Part shown: in pieces, positions 10,320 through 18,460 of the stretch
Numbering within the stretch: the stretch's first letter is position 1
How the letters are laid out: every line of letters starts with the position of its first letter
Assembly: GCA_045646695.1 (NCBI GenBank)
Contig: JAZRLF010000088.1
Location: 1,026-65,025, forward strand
Length of the DNA stretch: 64,000 nt
Direction of reading: 5' to 3'
Source of the DNA: Lachnospiraceae bacterium
GTDB lineage: Bacteria; Bacillota; Clostridia; Lachnospirales; Lachnospiraceae
Position numbers and translations under genes: made by a program
The notes under the pieces: generated by a model
What the model was told of the DNA's origin: nothing
Database searches by the model: none
The model's input: only the letters and a program-made list of their open reading frames with translations

Positions 10320-10365
10320 ATAGGGCGGTATCATGAAGTAATCACACTTCATGATACCGCCCTAT
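10320..10365. terminator. bidirectional terminator hairpin (20-bp stem) between convergent rfbD and fsa
   Basis: ATAGGGCGGTATCATGAAGT-aatcac-ACTTCATGATACCGCCCTAT. Confidence 0.7.
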
Positions 10366-10369
10366 CATA

Positions 10370-11011
10370 TTACTTTCTGGCTGCCCAGTCAGCATTAAAT
10401 TTCTCAATACCCTTTTCAGTTAACGGATGATACATCATCTGTTTAATAACCTTATATGGAATGGTAGCAATATGTGCACCTCTGCGAGCTGCCTTTGTAA
10501 CATCCTGTGGACCACGAATACTTGCAGCAATGATCTCTGTATCAATGTCATGAATAGCAAAAATATCTGCAATTTCTTCGATTAATTCTGCTCCGTCTGC
10601 AGCAATATCATCTAAACGACCGATAAACGGACTAACGAAAGATGCGCCTGCGCGAGCTGCCAATAAAGCCTGTGTAGCATTAAAAATCAAAGTTACATTG
10701 GTCTTGATGCCCAACTTCTTAAGCTCAGAAGTTGCTTTCAAACCTTCCTCGCATACCGGAATTTTGATGACGATATTCTTGTGAATCTTTGCAAGCTCTA
10801 TTGCTTCCTTAACCATGCCTTCTGCATCCGGAGACACAACCTCAGCACTGATAGGACCATCAACAATCTCAACGATCTCAGCAATAACTTCTTCAAAAAC
10901 TCTGCCTTCCTTTGCGATCAGGGAAGGATTTGTGGTTACACCGCTTAAAATGCCCAACTGTGCAGCTGCCTTAATCTCTTCGACATTTGCAGTATCAATA
11001 AAAATCTTCAT
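10370..11011 (-). CDS. fsa: fructose-6-phosphate aldolase / short transaldolase (type 3B)
   Basis: [22 protein letters not shown]...IKIP...TLIF..QALLAA.AGA..VSPFIGR; 213 aa, as in the short transaldolase/FSA family. Confidence 0.9.
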   Translation of the reverse strand: MKIFIDTANVEEIKAAAQLGILSGVTTNPSLIAKEGRVFEEVIAEIVEIVDGPISAEVVSPDAEGMVKEAIELAKIHKNIVIKIPVCEEGLKATSELKKLGIKTNVTLIFNATQALLAARAGASFVSPFIGRLDDIAADGAELIEEIADIFAIHDIDTEIIAASIRGPQDVTKAARRGAHIATIPYKVIKQMMYHPLTEKGIEKFNADWAARK

Positions 11012-11209
11012 GCGCTTCTACCTCTTTACTTACTAGTTTATAACTTTAGAACAAGGAGGACAAGCCCCCCTTTAAGCTCTTAAGCCCTCAAAGCTTGAGG
11101 GACTTGCTCCGCTTCATATGCAAATGCACAAAAACCCACCTGGCACATCTGCATATATCAGCGGAGCATTTTTCATAGTGAAGGATACTTTCCTATGTAA
11201 TGAAAACCA

Positions 11210-11238
11210 TTGCAATTCTTTGCAACTTTTCATATAAT
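11210..11238 (+). promoter_or_regulatory. near-consensus sigma-A promoter firing into the tandem three-hairpin repeat and the DeoR gene
   Basis: TTGCAA (11210-11215), 17 nt spacer, TATAAT (11233-11238). Confidence 0.45.
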
Positions 11239-11436
11239 ATAACTTATCGAGGTTACGTAAGTAACTTGCGATAAAAGGGGCAGATATGCGCCGTAAATCG
11301 ATTATAGGGTTCGTATCACGGTTCCTATAATATGTCTTATCGGAAGTTACGTAAGTAACTTTCGATAAAAGGCGCAGATATGCGCCGTAAATCGATTATA
11401 GGGTTCGTATCACGGTTCCTATAATATAACTATATT
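11237..11436 (+). repeat. tandem array (2 full units of 93 nt plus the start of a third) of a three-hairpin element (family A)
   Basis: The units 11237-11333 and 11334-11427 are nearly identical. Each holds three inverted repeats (CTTATCG..GTTAC-GTAA-GTAAC..CGATAAG; GGCGCA-GATA-TGCGCC; TATAGG..CCTATA). Confidence 0.85.
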
Positions 11437-11659
11437 GAATTTAAGTCAATTATTGGAGTAAAACTAGGAAACTATTCAATAATCCCATAAAACTTTTGCA
11501 AACTTTTTCATTTTCTTTCATATGCGTAATTCCATATTTATCCACGCAAGCAAAATATATGCTGCTTCACGGACCTTTAACCGGAAAATATTTTACATAA
11601 GTCTGCAAACATTATATTGGATTAATAACAAAAGAACATACAGAAAGGAACCTCTTCCA

Positions 11660-12373
11660 ATGTTACAATATGAACGCCAAAAACAGATCCTGGAATATTT
11701 AGAAAAAGAACAGTCCGCCAAAATCGGCGAACTGGCCCGTAAATTATATATCAGTGAAGCCTCTATCAGACGAGACATTACCGCTTTAGAAGCGGTAGGG
11801 CTTGTGGAACGGGTCTATGGAGGAGTTATCTTATCCCAATACAAAAACGAAGTGGTACCCGCAGACTTACGAGAATCAGCCCACTCCGAAGCCAAGGAAC
11901 ACATTGCCAGAATTGCAGCAGAGCTTATCCATGACGGCGATACCGTTATTTTTGACTCCTCTTCTACCGTTCGCCGCATTTGTAAGCATATCAAAAAAAG
12001 AAAAAATCTTAAAATCATTACAAACAGTCTGCGTATATGCAGTGATCTAAAGGATACTGACATATCCGTTTACTGTACCGGAGGCGAATTTTTCCAGAAA
12101 CAAGACAGCTTTCTGGGTCCTTATGCAGAGCATTTTCTGCGCACTATCAATGCTGACGCTCTGTTTTTTTCCTGCAAAGGTTTGTCTTCCAACGGAATAC
12201 TTACAGATGTATCTGAAGTAGAAAATTCTCTCCGCAAAACTATGATCGAACAGGCAGAGAAAAGTTATTTTTTGTGTGATTCTTCAAAGCTGGACTGTAA
12301 GTATGCTTTTACGCTTTGTAAAGCAAAAGACATTACAGGAATCCTATGTGACCGGGATCTGCCGGAATTTTAA
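11660..12373 (+). CDS. DeoR family transcriptional regulator
   Basis: MLQYERQKQILEYLEKEQSAKIGELARKLYISEASIRRDITALE (DeoR HTH) plus a DeoR C-terminal sugar-phosphate-binding type domain. ATG at 11660 follows AGAAAGGAA; the longer track ORF is an upstream extension. Confidence 0.85.
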   Translation: MLQYERQKQILEYLEKEQSAKIGELARKLYISEASIRRDITALEAVGLVERVYGGVILSQYKNEVVPADLRESAHSEAKEHIARIAAELIHDGDTVIFDSSSTVRRICKHIKKRKNLKIITNSLRICSDLKDTDISVYCTGGEFFQKQDSFLGPYAEHFLRTINADALFFSCKGLSSNGILTDVSEVENSLRKTMIEQAEKSYFLCDSSKLDCKYAFTLCKAKDITGILCDRDLPEF

Positions 12374-12386
12374 ACATATACATATT

Positions 12387-12423
12387 GTAGGGGAGAATCT
12401 GCTGTCAGAAGATTCTCCCCTAC
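12387..12423. terminator. bidirectional terminator between convergent DeoR and DHHW genes
   Basis: GTAGGGGAGAATCT-gctgtca-GAAGATTCTCCCCTAC. Confidence 0.7.
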
Positions 12424-12433
12424 TGAAAGTCTA

Positions 12434-13534
12434 TTATTTAAACGAAGTGCTGCTATTTAATACTAGTGTACTGTATAAAAACAGCACATCTTGGTCATTA
12501 AATTCTATAAAATTGCCCAGCATTCCGCTGTGGATATAGCGAATGTCTACCAAGGTCACCTTGCTATAGCTTTCCAGTAGCAGCGGCACCAAGCTACTGG
12601 CAAAGGAATCACGGAACACCACCAATTCCTTATCGGTAGTAGCATTTGGGTTTTCTACCACAAGCAATGCATCAGAACCTGCCAAGAACATTTCATAGGG
12701 GTCCTTGCCACTCACTGCTTCCAGATCATACACGGTTTTGTTCACGGGACTGCCTGTGTCGAAGCTCGTCACAGTACATCCTTCCAGCAGATCATTGGTA
12801 AGATAGGTCAAGCTATCAGGTGTGAGAGGCAAAGCTGACTGACCATAGTATACCCCATAAAAAGGTTTTTCAACCGTTACCTCTTCATATTGCCAGGTCA
12901 AGGTGTTGCCCATGGACTGCGCAAGCCGTTCTGCCACATCTGTGATGCACTCCTGTCTCCAGTGAGTATCCGTATGATAATAGTCTGCAATATTCAATAA
13001 ATCCGCCAATTCAATATAGGTCATATAATCTGTTTGCTCCTTCATGGATGCATAAAATCCATCATAATCCATGGAAAGATATCCGTTTGGCTCTGCTAAA
13101 AACATATTTTTGTCAGGTGCAATGGCGAAATAAAGTCTGCATCTTGTATCTGCCATGTAGGTATCATATAAATATTTAAATTTATCACCTGCATTTTTAA
13201 TCATGTATGCATTTGCCGGATATTCCAGCTTGGAAACATAGCCTTCTACCAAGTAAATGTCATTATTGGCTTTTTGCCCAAAAAGTCCCAGGTGCGCCAT
13301 AGCTTTTATGCTTCTGAAAGTATCTCTGAATGGAAACTGATCCAGCGTATAGCTCTCAAATTCTGTCATAAAGTTTCCGGAAAGTACTCGCTCCTCCGTC
13401 AAATCCGGAAAACCTGCCAGCACTCTTCTCTCACTTTCCGAAAAATCATCTACCTCTTTTACCCAAGAGAATACAGCCAGCCCAAAGAAGAAAACTGCCA
13501 TAGAACATACCAGAAAAAGTTTACTTTTTTTCAT
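12434..13534 (-). CDS. DHHW-family (AlgJ/AlgX-like) extracytoplasmic protein with N-terminal membrane anchor
   Basis: N-terminal signal/anchor MKKSKLFLVCSMAVFFFGLAVF and the motif YYHTDTHW. It lies immediately downstream of an MBOAT gene, the usual pairing for this family. Confidence 0.8.
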   Translation of the reverse strand: MKKSKLFLVCSMAVFFFGLAVFSWVKEVDDFSESERRVLAGFPDLTEERVLSGNFMTEFESYTLDQFPFRDTFRSIKAMAHLGLFGQKANNDIYLVEGYVSKLEYPANAYMIKNAGDKFKYLYDTYMADTRCRLYFAIAPDKNMFLAEPNGYLSMDYDGFYASMKEQTDYMTYIELADLLNIADYYHTDTHWRQECITDVAERLAQSMGNTLTWQYEEVTVEKPFYGVYYGQSALPLTPDSLTYLTNDLLEGCTVTSFDTGSPVNKTVYDLEAVSGKDPYEMFLAGSDALLVVENPNATTDKELVVFRDSFASSLVPLLLESYSKVTLVDIRYIHSGMLGNFIEFNDQDVLFLYSTLVLNSSTSFK

Positions 13535-13546
13535 GCTGCACCTCCC

Positions 13547-14947
13547 TTAAAATCTAAAATACAAAAACGGATTAAAGCTGCCATCCACCAAGTAAGCTGT
13601 GCACAAAAGCAACAAGCCCATTAATACCACAGGCTCTAAAATCCCTATTACCACGGCGCCTTTCTTGGAATGCTCCAGCTTCATTGCCAGATTCCTGCAG
13701 AGTGGGGTAGCTCCGACTACAGCAATCAAAAGCACTATCAGATTACTTCTAAAATAATAGCTTGTCTCTGCAGACACAAAAGGAAGATTGCCTGCACCAA
13801 ACATACCGCCGATATACGCAAAAGCTTCCCTCATATCAGTGGCGTTAAATATTACAAAACTGATCATGATTAACACAAGCACATATACGTGCTTCAAAGG
13901 CCCGCTTTTTTGTAATATTGGTAAAAGAACCAACTTTTCCAACATCAAAAGCACTGCAAAATAAAGTCCCCACACAATAAAATTCCAACTGGCACCATGC
14001 CAGAATCCGGTTAATAACCATACCGTCAGGATATTAAACAGCCACCTTGCTTTGGACACCCGATTACCACCTAACGGAATGTAAACATAGTCTCTGAACC
14101 ATGTGCCTAAAGACATATGCCATCTACGCCAAAACTCTGTAATGCTCTTGGAAATATATGGATAGTTAAAGTTTTCCAAAAAGTCCAGTCCGAAGATTTT
14201 GCCGAGACCGATTGCCATATCACTGTAACCGGAAAAATCATAATAAATGTGTAAGGTAAAGGCAAAGGCATACAGCCAATAAAAGGCCACAGACTTATCC
14301 CCTGAAGCTTTGAAGATTTCACAAAGCTCCCCCAAAGTATTGGCAATTAAGATTTTCTTGGACAATCCGATCACAAAACGTCTGATGCCTAGAGCCGTCT
14401 TATCTATAGAATGTGTTCGCCTCTCCAGCTGCTTGGCCACATCTGCATATCGCACAATCGGTCCCGCAATCAGCTGCGGAAACATGGCCACATAAGTAGC
14501 AAGGGTAAATGGATTGTATTGAACCTTAGCTTCTCCCCGATACACATCCACCACATAACTGATCACCTGAAAGGTATAAAAACTAATGCCGATAGGCAGC
14601 GCAACTTTTAATAAAGGTACCTGAAGCCCCGTCAACGCATTAAAATTACTTACAAAGAAATCCGCATATTTAAAATAACCCAAAATGCCAACCATGCTGA
14701 CTACAGATAATATAAGCCAGCCCTTTTTCTGCTTAAGCGTAGTACTCTTGCCAATCAACAGGCCAAATACATATCCTAACAATATCACACCAAGCATCAG
14801 GATTACCAAACGCACCTCACCCCAGGCATAAAAAAACAGACTGCTAAAAAGCAGTACTAAATTTTTGATTTTTCCCGGCACTGCAAAATACATGATCAAT
14901 ACTGCCGCAAGAAAATAATATAAAAAAGGAATACTGGAAAAAAGCAT
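13547..14947 (-). CDS. MBOAT family O-acyltransferase (AlgI/DltB-like)
   Basis: Multi-pass membrane protein with FWRRWHMSLGTWFRDYVYIPLGGNR and GFWHGASWNF (the MBOAT His motifs). Confidence 0.9.
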   Translation of the reverse strand: MLFSSIPFLYYFLAAVLIMYFAVPGKIKNLVLLFSSLFFYAWGEVRLVILMLGVILLGYVFGLLIGKSTTLKQKKGWLILSVVSMVGILGYFKYADFFVSNFNALTGLQVPLLKVALPIGISFYTFQVISYVVDVYRGEAKVQYNPFTLATYVAMFPQLIAGPIVRYADVAKQLERRTHSIDKTALGIRRFVIGLSKKILIANTLGELCEIFKASGDKSVAFYWLYAFAFTLHIYYDFSGYSDMAIGLGKIFGLDFLENFNYPYISKSITEFWRRWHMSLGTWFRDYVYIPLGGNRVSKARWLFNILTVWLLTGFWHGASWNFIVWGLYFAVLLMLEKLVLLPILQKSGPLKHVYVLVLIMISFVIFNATDMREAFAYIGGMFGAGNLPFVSAETSYYFRSNLIVLLIAVVGATPLCRNLAMKLEHSKKGAVVIGILEPVVLMGLLLLCTAYLVDGSFNPFLYFRF

Positions 14948-15002
14948 AACTCCTCCAAACTAATGTCCAAAGCAAAAATTGCAGGCAAACATTCATGCCC
15001 AA

Positions 15003-15106
15003 ATATAACTTATCGGAAGTTACGAAAGTAACTTGCGATAAAAGGTGCAGCTATGCACCGCAAATCGATTATAGGGTTCGCGAAGCGATTCCTATAATAT
15101 ACTTAT
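15003..15106 (+). repeat. third copy of the three-hairpin family A element (1 unit plus the start of the next)
   Basis: About 88% identical by eye to the units at 11237-11427 and in the same orientation. It lies 56 nt upstream of the MBOAT start codon, on the opposite strand. Confidence 0.85.
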
Positions 15107-15237
15107 ATTTCAAAAAAATGCTGCAGAATATACCATATCTGCACTCCACTACTATAAATCTCCTAAAATCAGATTCCTATGCAGGAAATACAAACATACA
15201 ATATTCTGCAACATTTTATAAAAATAATTCTGTAATT

Positions 15238-15828
15238 TTATTCTTCTGCAAGGTTCTTCTTACACATTAAGAAGAATACCTTGTCGCCGATTGCTTCCAC
15301 AACCATTTCCTCTGCCTCAACACAAATGTTCCATCTCATGTCTGCGTTGTCCTTCAAGGTAGTCATAAAAGCTTCCACGTCTGCATCCTCTGCCAGGTCA
15401 AATACATATCCTACAAAAGGAATAACACCAATCATAGGCATAAATACAGTTGCTTCTTCAAAACCTGTGATATCAGCAGTAAAACCGGTAAGGAAACCCG
15501 GCTCAACAGGCATGGTACCGCCCATGAACTGAATGATTTCATTGGCAATCAAAGCATCAGCAGCTTCCTGTGCAGTCGTCTCCGGATTTGCAGCCATCAT
15601 ATCTCGGAAAGCAGCCAAGAGAATTTCACCTGCGGTGCCGTCTGCTGCAGCAGAATTTGTTTCCGTTGTCTCAGTGCTTTCAGTCTCAACAGTTTCTGAT
15701 TCTGCTCCTGCAGTTTCTGTCTCAACAGCATTAGATTCTGTGCTCTCAGACGCATTGTTGCCACGGCCACATGCTGCCATAGCTGCTACCATAGCGGTTA
15801 CTAATAAAGTTACTAAAATTTTCTTCAT
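15238..15828 (-). CDS. putative lipoprotein with Glu/Thr-rich linker
   Basis: Lipobox-like signal MKKILVTLLVTAMVAAMAACG, followed by a low-complexity ETE/TES linker and a ~120 aa globular part. Confidence 0.6.
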   Translation of the reverse strand: MKKILVTLLVTAMVAAMAACGRGNNASESTESNAVETETAGAESETVETESTETTETNSAAADGTAGEILLAAFRDMMAANPETTAQEAADALIANEIIQFMGGTMPVEPGFLTGFTADITGFEEATVFMPMIGVIPFVGYVFDLAEDADVEAFMTTLKDNADMRWNICVEAEEMVVEAIGDKVFFLMCKKNLAEE

Positions 15829-15849
15829 CCTAAAATCTCCTTGTAAATC

Positions 15850-17076
15850 TTACATAATGACGCGGCGGAAGTTTTTCTTACCACGTTTTACAATAATCCC
15901 CTCTGCAAAATCTGCAGGTACATATACAGTCTTGATATCCGTAACTTTGTCCTCATTTACAGTAACACCACCCTGCTCCACAGCACGTCTTGCTTCATTT
16001 CTGGAGCCGCAAAGACCGGATGCCACTAAAACACTTAAAATATCAATCTGACCGTCTGTAAATTTGTCTTCTGTAATAACAGCCTCCGGCATATTGGCCG
16101 CGCTGCCGCCTGCAAACAGGGCTCTTGCACTTTCTTGTGCTTTATTCGCCTCTTCTTCGCCATGAACCATCTTAGTCAGCTCAAAAGCAAGGATTTCCTT
16201 TGCAGTATTTAACTGACTGCCTTCCCAGGTTTCCATCTGTTCGATTTCTTCTAACGGAAGGAAGGTTAAAAGCTTCATACACTTAATAACGTCGCTGTCT
16301 GCCACATTTCTCCAGTACTGGTAGAATTCAAACGGTGTAGTCTTCTCCGGATCAAGCCATACAGCACCCTTCTGAGTCTTGCCCATCTTCTTGCCTTCAC
16401 TGTTTAAGAGCAAGGTAATGGTCATAGCATATGCATCTTTACCCAGCTTACGTCTGATCAGCTCTGTACCGCCCAACATATTGGACCACTGATCATCCCC
16501 GCCAAACTGCATATTACAGCCGTATTTCTGGTATAACATGTAGAAATCGTAGCTCTGCATGATCATGTAATTAAACTCAAGGAAGGATAATCCCTTCTCC
16601 ATACGCTGCTTGTAGCACTCTGCAGTAAGCATACGATTTACACTGAAGTGTGCACCAACTTCACGTAAAACCTCTACGTAATTCAAACCCAGTAACCAGT
16701 CTGCATTATTGACCATAATCGCCTTACCGTCAGAAAAGTCGATAAAACGACTCATCTGCTTCTTAAAGCAATCACAGTTATGCTGGATAGTCTCCGGTGT
16801 CATCATGGTACGCATATCAGTACGACCGGACGGGTCACCAATCATAGCAGTCCCACCGCCAATCAGGGCGATAGGCTTATTGCCGGCCATCTGCAGTCTC
16901 TTCATCAGGCAAAGTGCCATAAAGTGACCTACATGTAAAGAATCTGCGGTAGGATCAAAGCCAATGTAAAAAGTAGCCTTGCCTGCATTCACCAATTCCT
17001 TAATCTCTTCTTCATCTGTGAGCTGTGCCAAAAGTCCTCTTGCTTTCAGTTCATCAAAAACTGTCATGTTACTCAT
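15850..17076 (-). CDS. tyrS: tyrosine--tRNA ligase
   Basis: HVGH (HIGH) motif, KMGKT (KMSKS) motif and a C-terminal S4-like domain; 408 aa. Confidence 0.97.
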   Translation of the reverse strand: MSNMTVFDELKARGLLAQLTDEEEIKELVNAGKATFYIGFDPTADSLHVGHFMALCLMKRLQMAGNKPIALIGGGTAMIGDPSGRTDMRTMMTPETIQHNCDCFKKQMSRFIDFSDGKAIMVNNADWLLGLNYVEVLREVGAHFSVNRMLTAECYKQRMEKGLSFLEFNYMIMQSYDFYMLYQKYGCNMQFGGDDQWSNMLGGTELIRRKLGKDAYAMTITLLLNSEGKKMGKTQKGAVWLDPEKTTPFEFYQYWRNVADSDVIKCMKLLTFLPLEEIEQMETWEGSQLNTAKEILAFELTKMVHGEEEANKAQESARALFAGGSAANMPEAVITEDKFTDGQIDILSVLVASGLCGSRNEARRAVEQGGVTVNEDKVTDIKTVYVPADFAEGIIVKRGKKNFRRVIM

Positions 17077-17094
17077 AATCTTTCTTCCTTTCTA

Positions 17095-17400
17095 CATTCC
17101 CGGTGTGCCACGGCATATAAATAAAAAACCCCGTCCCAAACAAAGGACGAGGTTACTCGCGATACCACCTTTAATCGCCATATGCTCACACATATAGCCT
17201 CAGTAAGTTGACCATCATCAACTATCGCACTGTAACGTGTACGTCCTCCGTCATAACCTACACAGCCAGCGAACCAGCCTTTCAGCTATGCAGCTCGCGA
17301 ATGTATTCCAGCTCTAGTCCTCTTTGCGCCTCTCATCAACCGGCAGCTCTCTGTAATTCGTACTAAAGTGTACTTGTTTCGTTCATAGCCTTTGTTTATT
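17095..17400 (-). promoter_or_regulatory. T-box leader (tRNA-Tyr sensing) with terminator/antiterminator, upstream of tyrS
   Basis: On the minus strand there is AGAGAG near the base of stem I and a specifier-loop GAA-UAC-A with the Tyr codon UAC (17305-17303). The T-box sequence AAAGGUGGUAUCGCGAGUAACCUCGUCC (about 17176-17146) overlaps the terminator CCUCGUCC..GGACGGGG followed by U6 (about 17155-17123). Confidence 0.85.
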
Positions 17401-17498
17401 GTCGCGGTAGCAATCAGCCAACTAAACATGTGTACATGTACCTTGGGCGGCTGCCGCAGGATAAAATACTTTGCAGAAGCACTTTATCGCATATGCCT

Positions 17499-17527
17499 AT
17501 ATTAACTGCTAAGTTAAAAAAAGTCAA
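17499..17527 (-). promoter_or_regulatory. candidate promoter for the tyrS T-box leader
   Basis: Minus strand TTGACT (17527-17522), 17 nt spacer, TAATAT (17504-17499). Confidence 0.45.
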
Positions 17528-17546
17528 GTGTTTCGTTCTAAAATAT

Positions 17547-18431
17547 TTATAAATTATAACGTTTCATCATTTTTTCGTAAAATGCCGGCTCCTTAGCAAG
17601 ACGCCAAATCTGGTCAGCTTTTCCGTCCGCGGACATTTTACTGATTAAATTCAAAATGATTTCTTGCCCTATCTTTCGCCCATCCTCAAAGGCATCTTCC
17701 CGTTCCATTCGCATATGCTTTTCTTCATTGTATTCATATATACTCATAGCCCTTGCCTCCGTTCTGTGCTTCTCCAGAAAGTCTTTCAAGAAACCTTCCC
17801 TACTGCACTTTTTAATGCTTTTGTCTACTGCTGCTTCAATGGACATACTCTCTGCATACTTGCGTACCCAATATGTATACTCTGCATAATCACACAAATC
17901 CTTGCAGGCCTCCATAAGCTTTGCGTTATGTCCCTTATTTATATTTATCACATCCACGATTAATTCCAAAGAAAACGCTTCATCCTCCACTGTATATAAG
18001 TCCAATAGCTTCAGTACTTCATAATCCGGTCGCTTATCTCTGCCATTGTAAAATACCACAAATTTAGGTGTTGGAATGGATACACGCTTACTGCCGTACA
18101 AGTTCTGATTCTTGGTCAAATCAGAATACAAATCAGACAAGTAAAACAAAAAACGCAATGCCATGTTAGGATTATAAGTTGACTGGTGCTCATACAAGGA
18201 TAACCGCAAATCAATAATAAATGACAAATCGTTCTGCATGGACATATAAATGGCATTTTCCAGAGTATTGATGGTAAGCTGCTCTGGATTTGTGTACTTT
18301 TTACCGCTCACTGCATTATACAGCTCCAGTAATTTCCTCTTGTCGTCAAAAATCAGTTTAAACATCCGAGACTTGTAGTCTCGTTTTACAGGTATTTCAG
18401 TGCAATGCAGAAGATAAAACATTTTGTACAT
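17547..18431 (-). CDS. Rpn/YhgA-like PD-(D/E)XK nuclease family protein (recombination-promoting nuclease / putative transposase family)
   Basis: N-terminal half matches the family pattern by eye: (M)FKLIF...DLSFIIDLRLSLYEHQSTYNPNMALRFLFY...VVFYNG. The C-terminal part is a helical, charged tail. Confidence 0.65.
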   Translation of the reverse strand: MYKMFYLLHCTEIPVKRDYKSRMFKLIFDDKRKLLELYNAVSGKKYTNPEQLTINTLENAIYMSMQNDLSFIIDLRLSLYEHQSTYNPNMALRFLFYLSDLYSDLTKNQNLYGSKRVSIPTPKFVVFYNGRDKRPDYEVLKLLDLYTVEDEAFSLELIVDVININKGHNAKLMEACKDLCDYAEYTYWVRKYAESMSIEAAVDKSIKKCSREGFLKDFLEKHRTEARAMSIYEYNEEKHMRMEREDAFEDGRKIGQEIILNLISKMSADGKADQIWRLAKEPAFYEKMMKRYNL

Positions 18432-18460
18432 TTGTTATGCTAAAAAATAACTTGTAGAGT

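Noticed and set aside
10320-10365. Very long perfect hairpins (here and at 59626-59679, 20-25 bp stems) considered as MITE termini or recombination sites
   Set aside because: Both sit exactly between convergent stop codons and are flanked by A/T runs on both sides. They share no sequence with each other, so bidirectional intrinsic terminators are the simplest explanation.
11237-11436. Tandem 93-nt repeats considered as a CRISPR array
   Set aside because: The units are directly adjacent with no unique spacers, the unit length is far above CRISPR repeat size, and there are no cas genes in the window.
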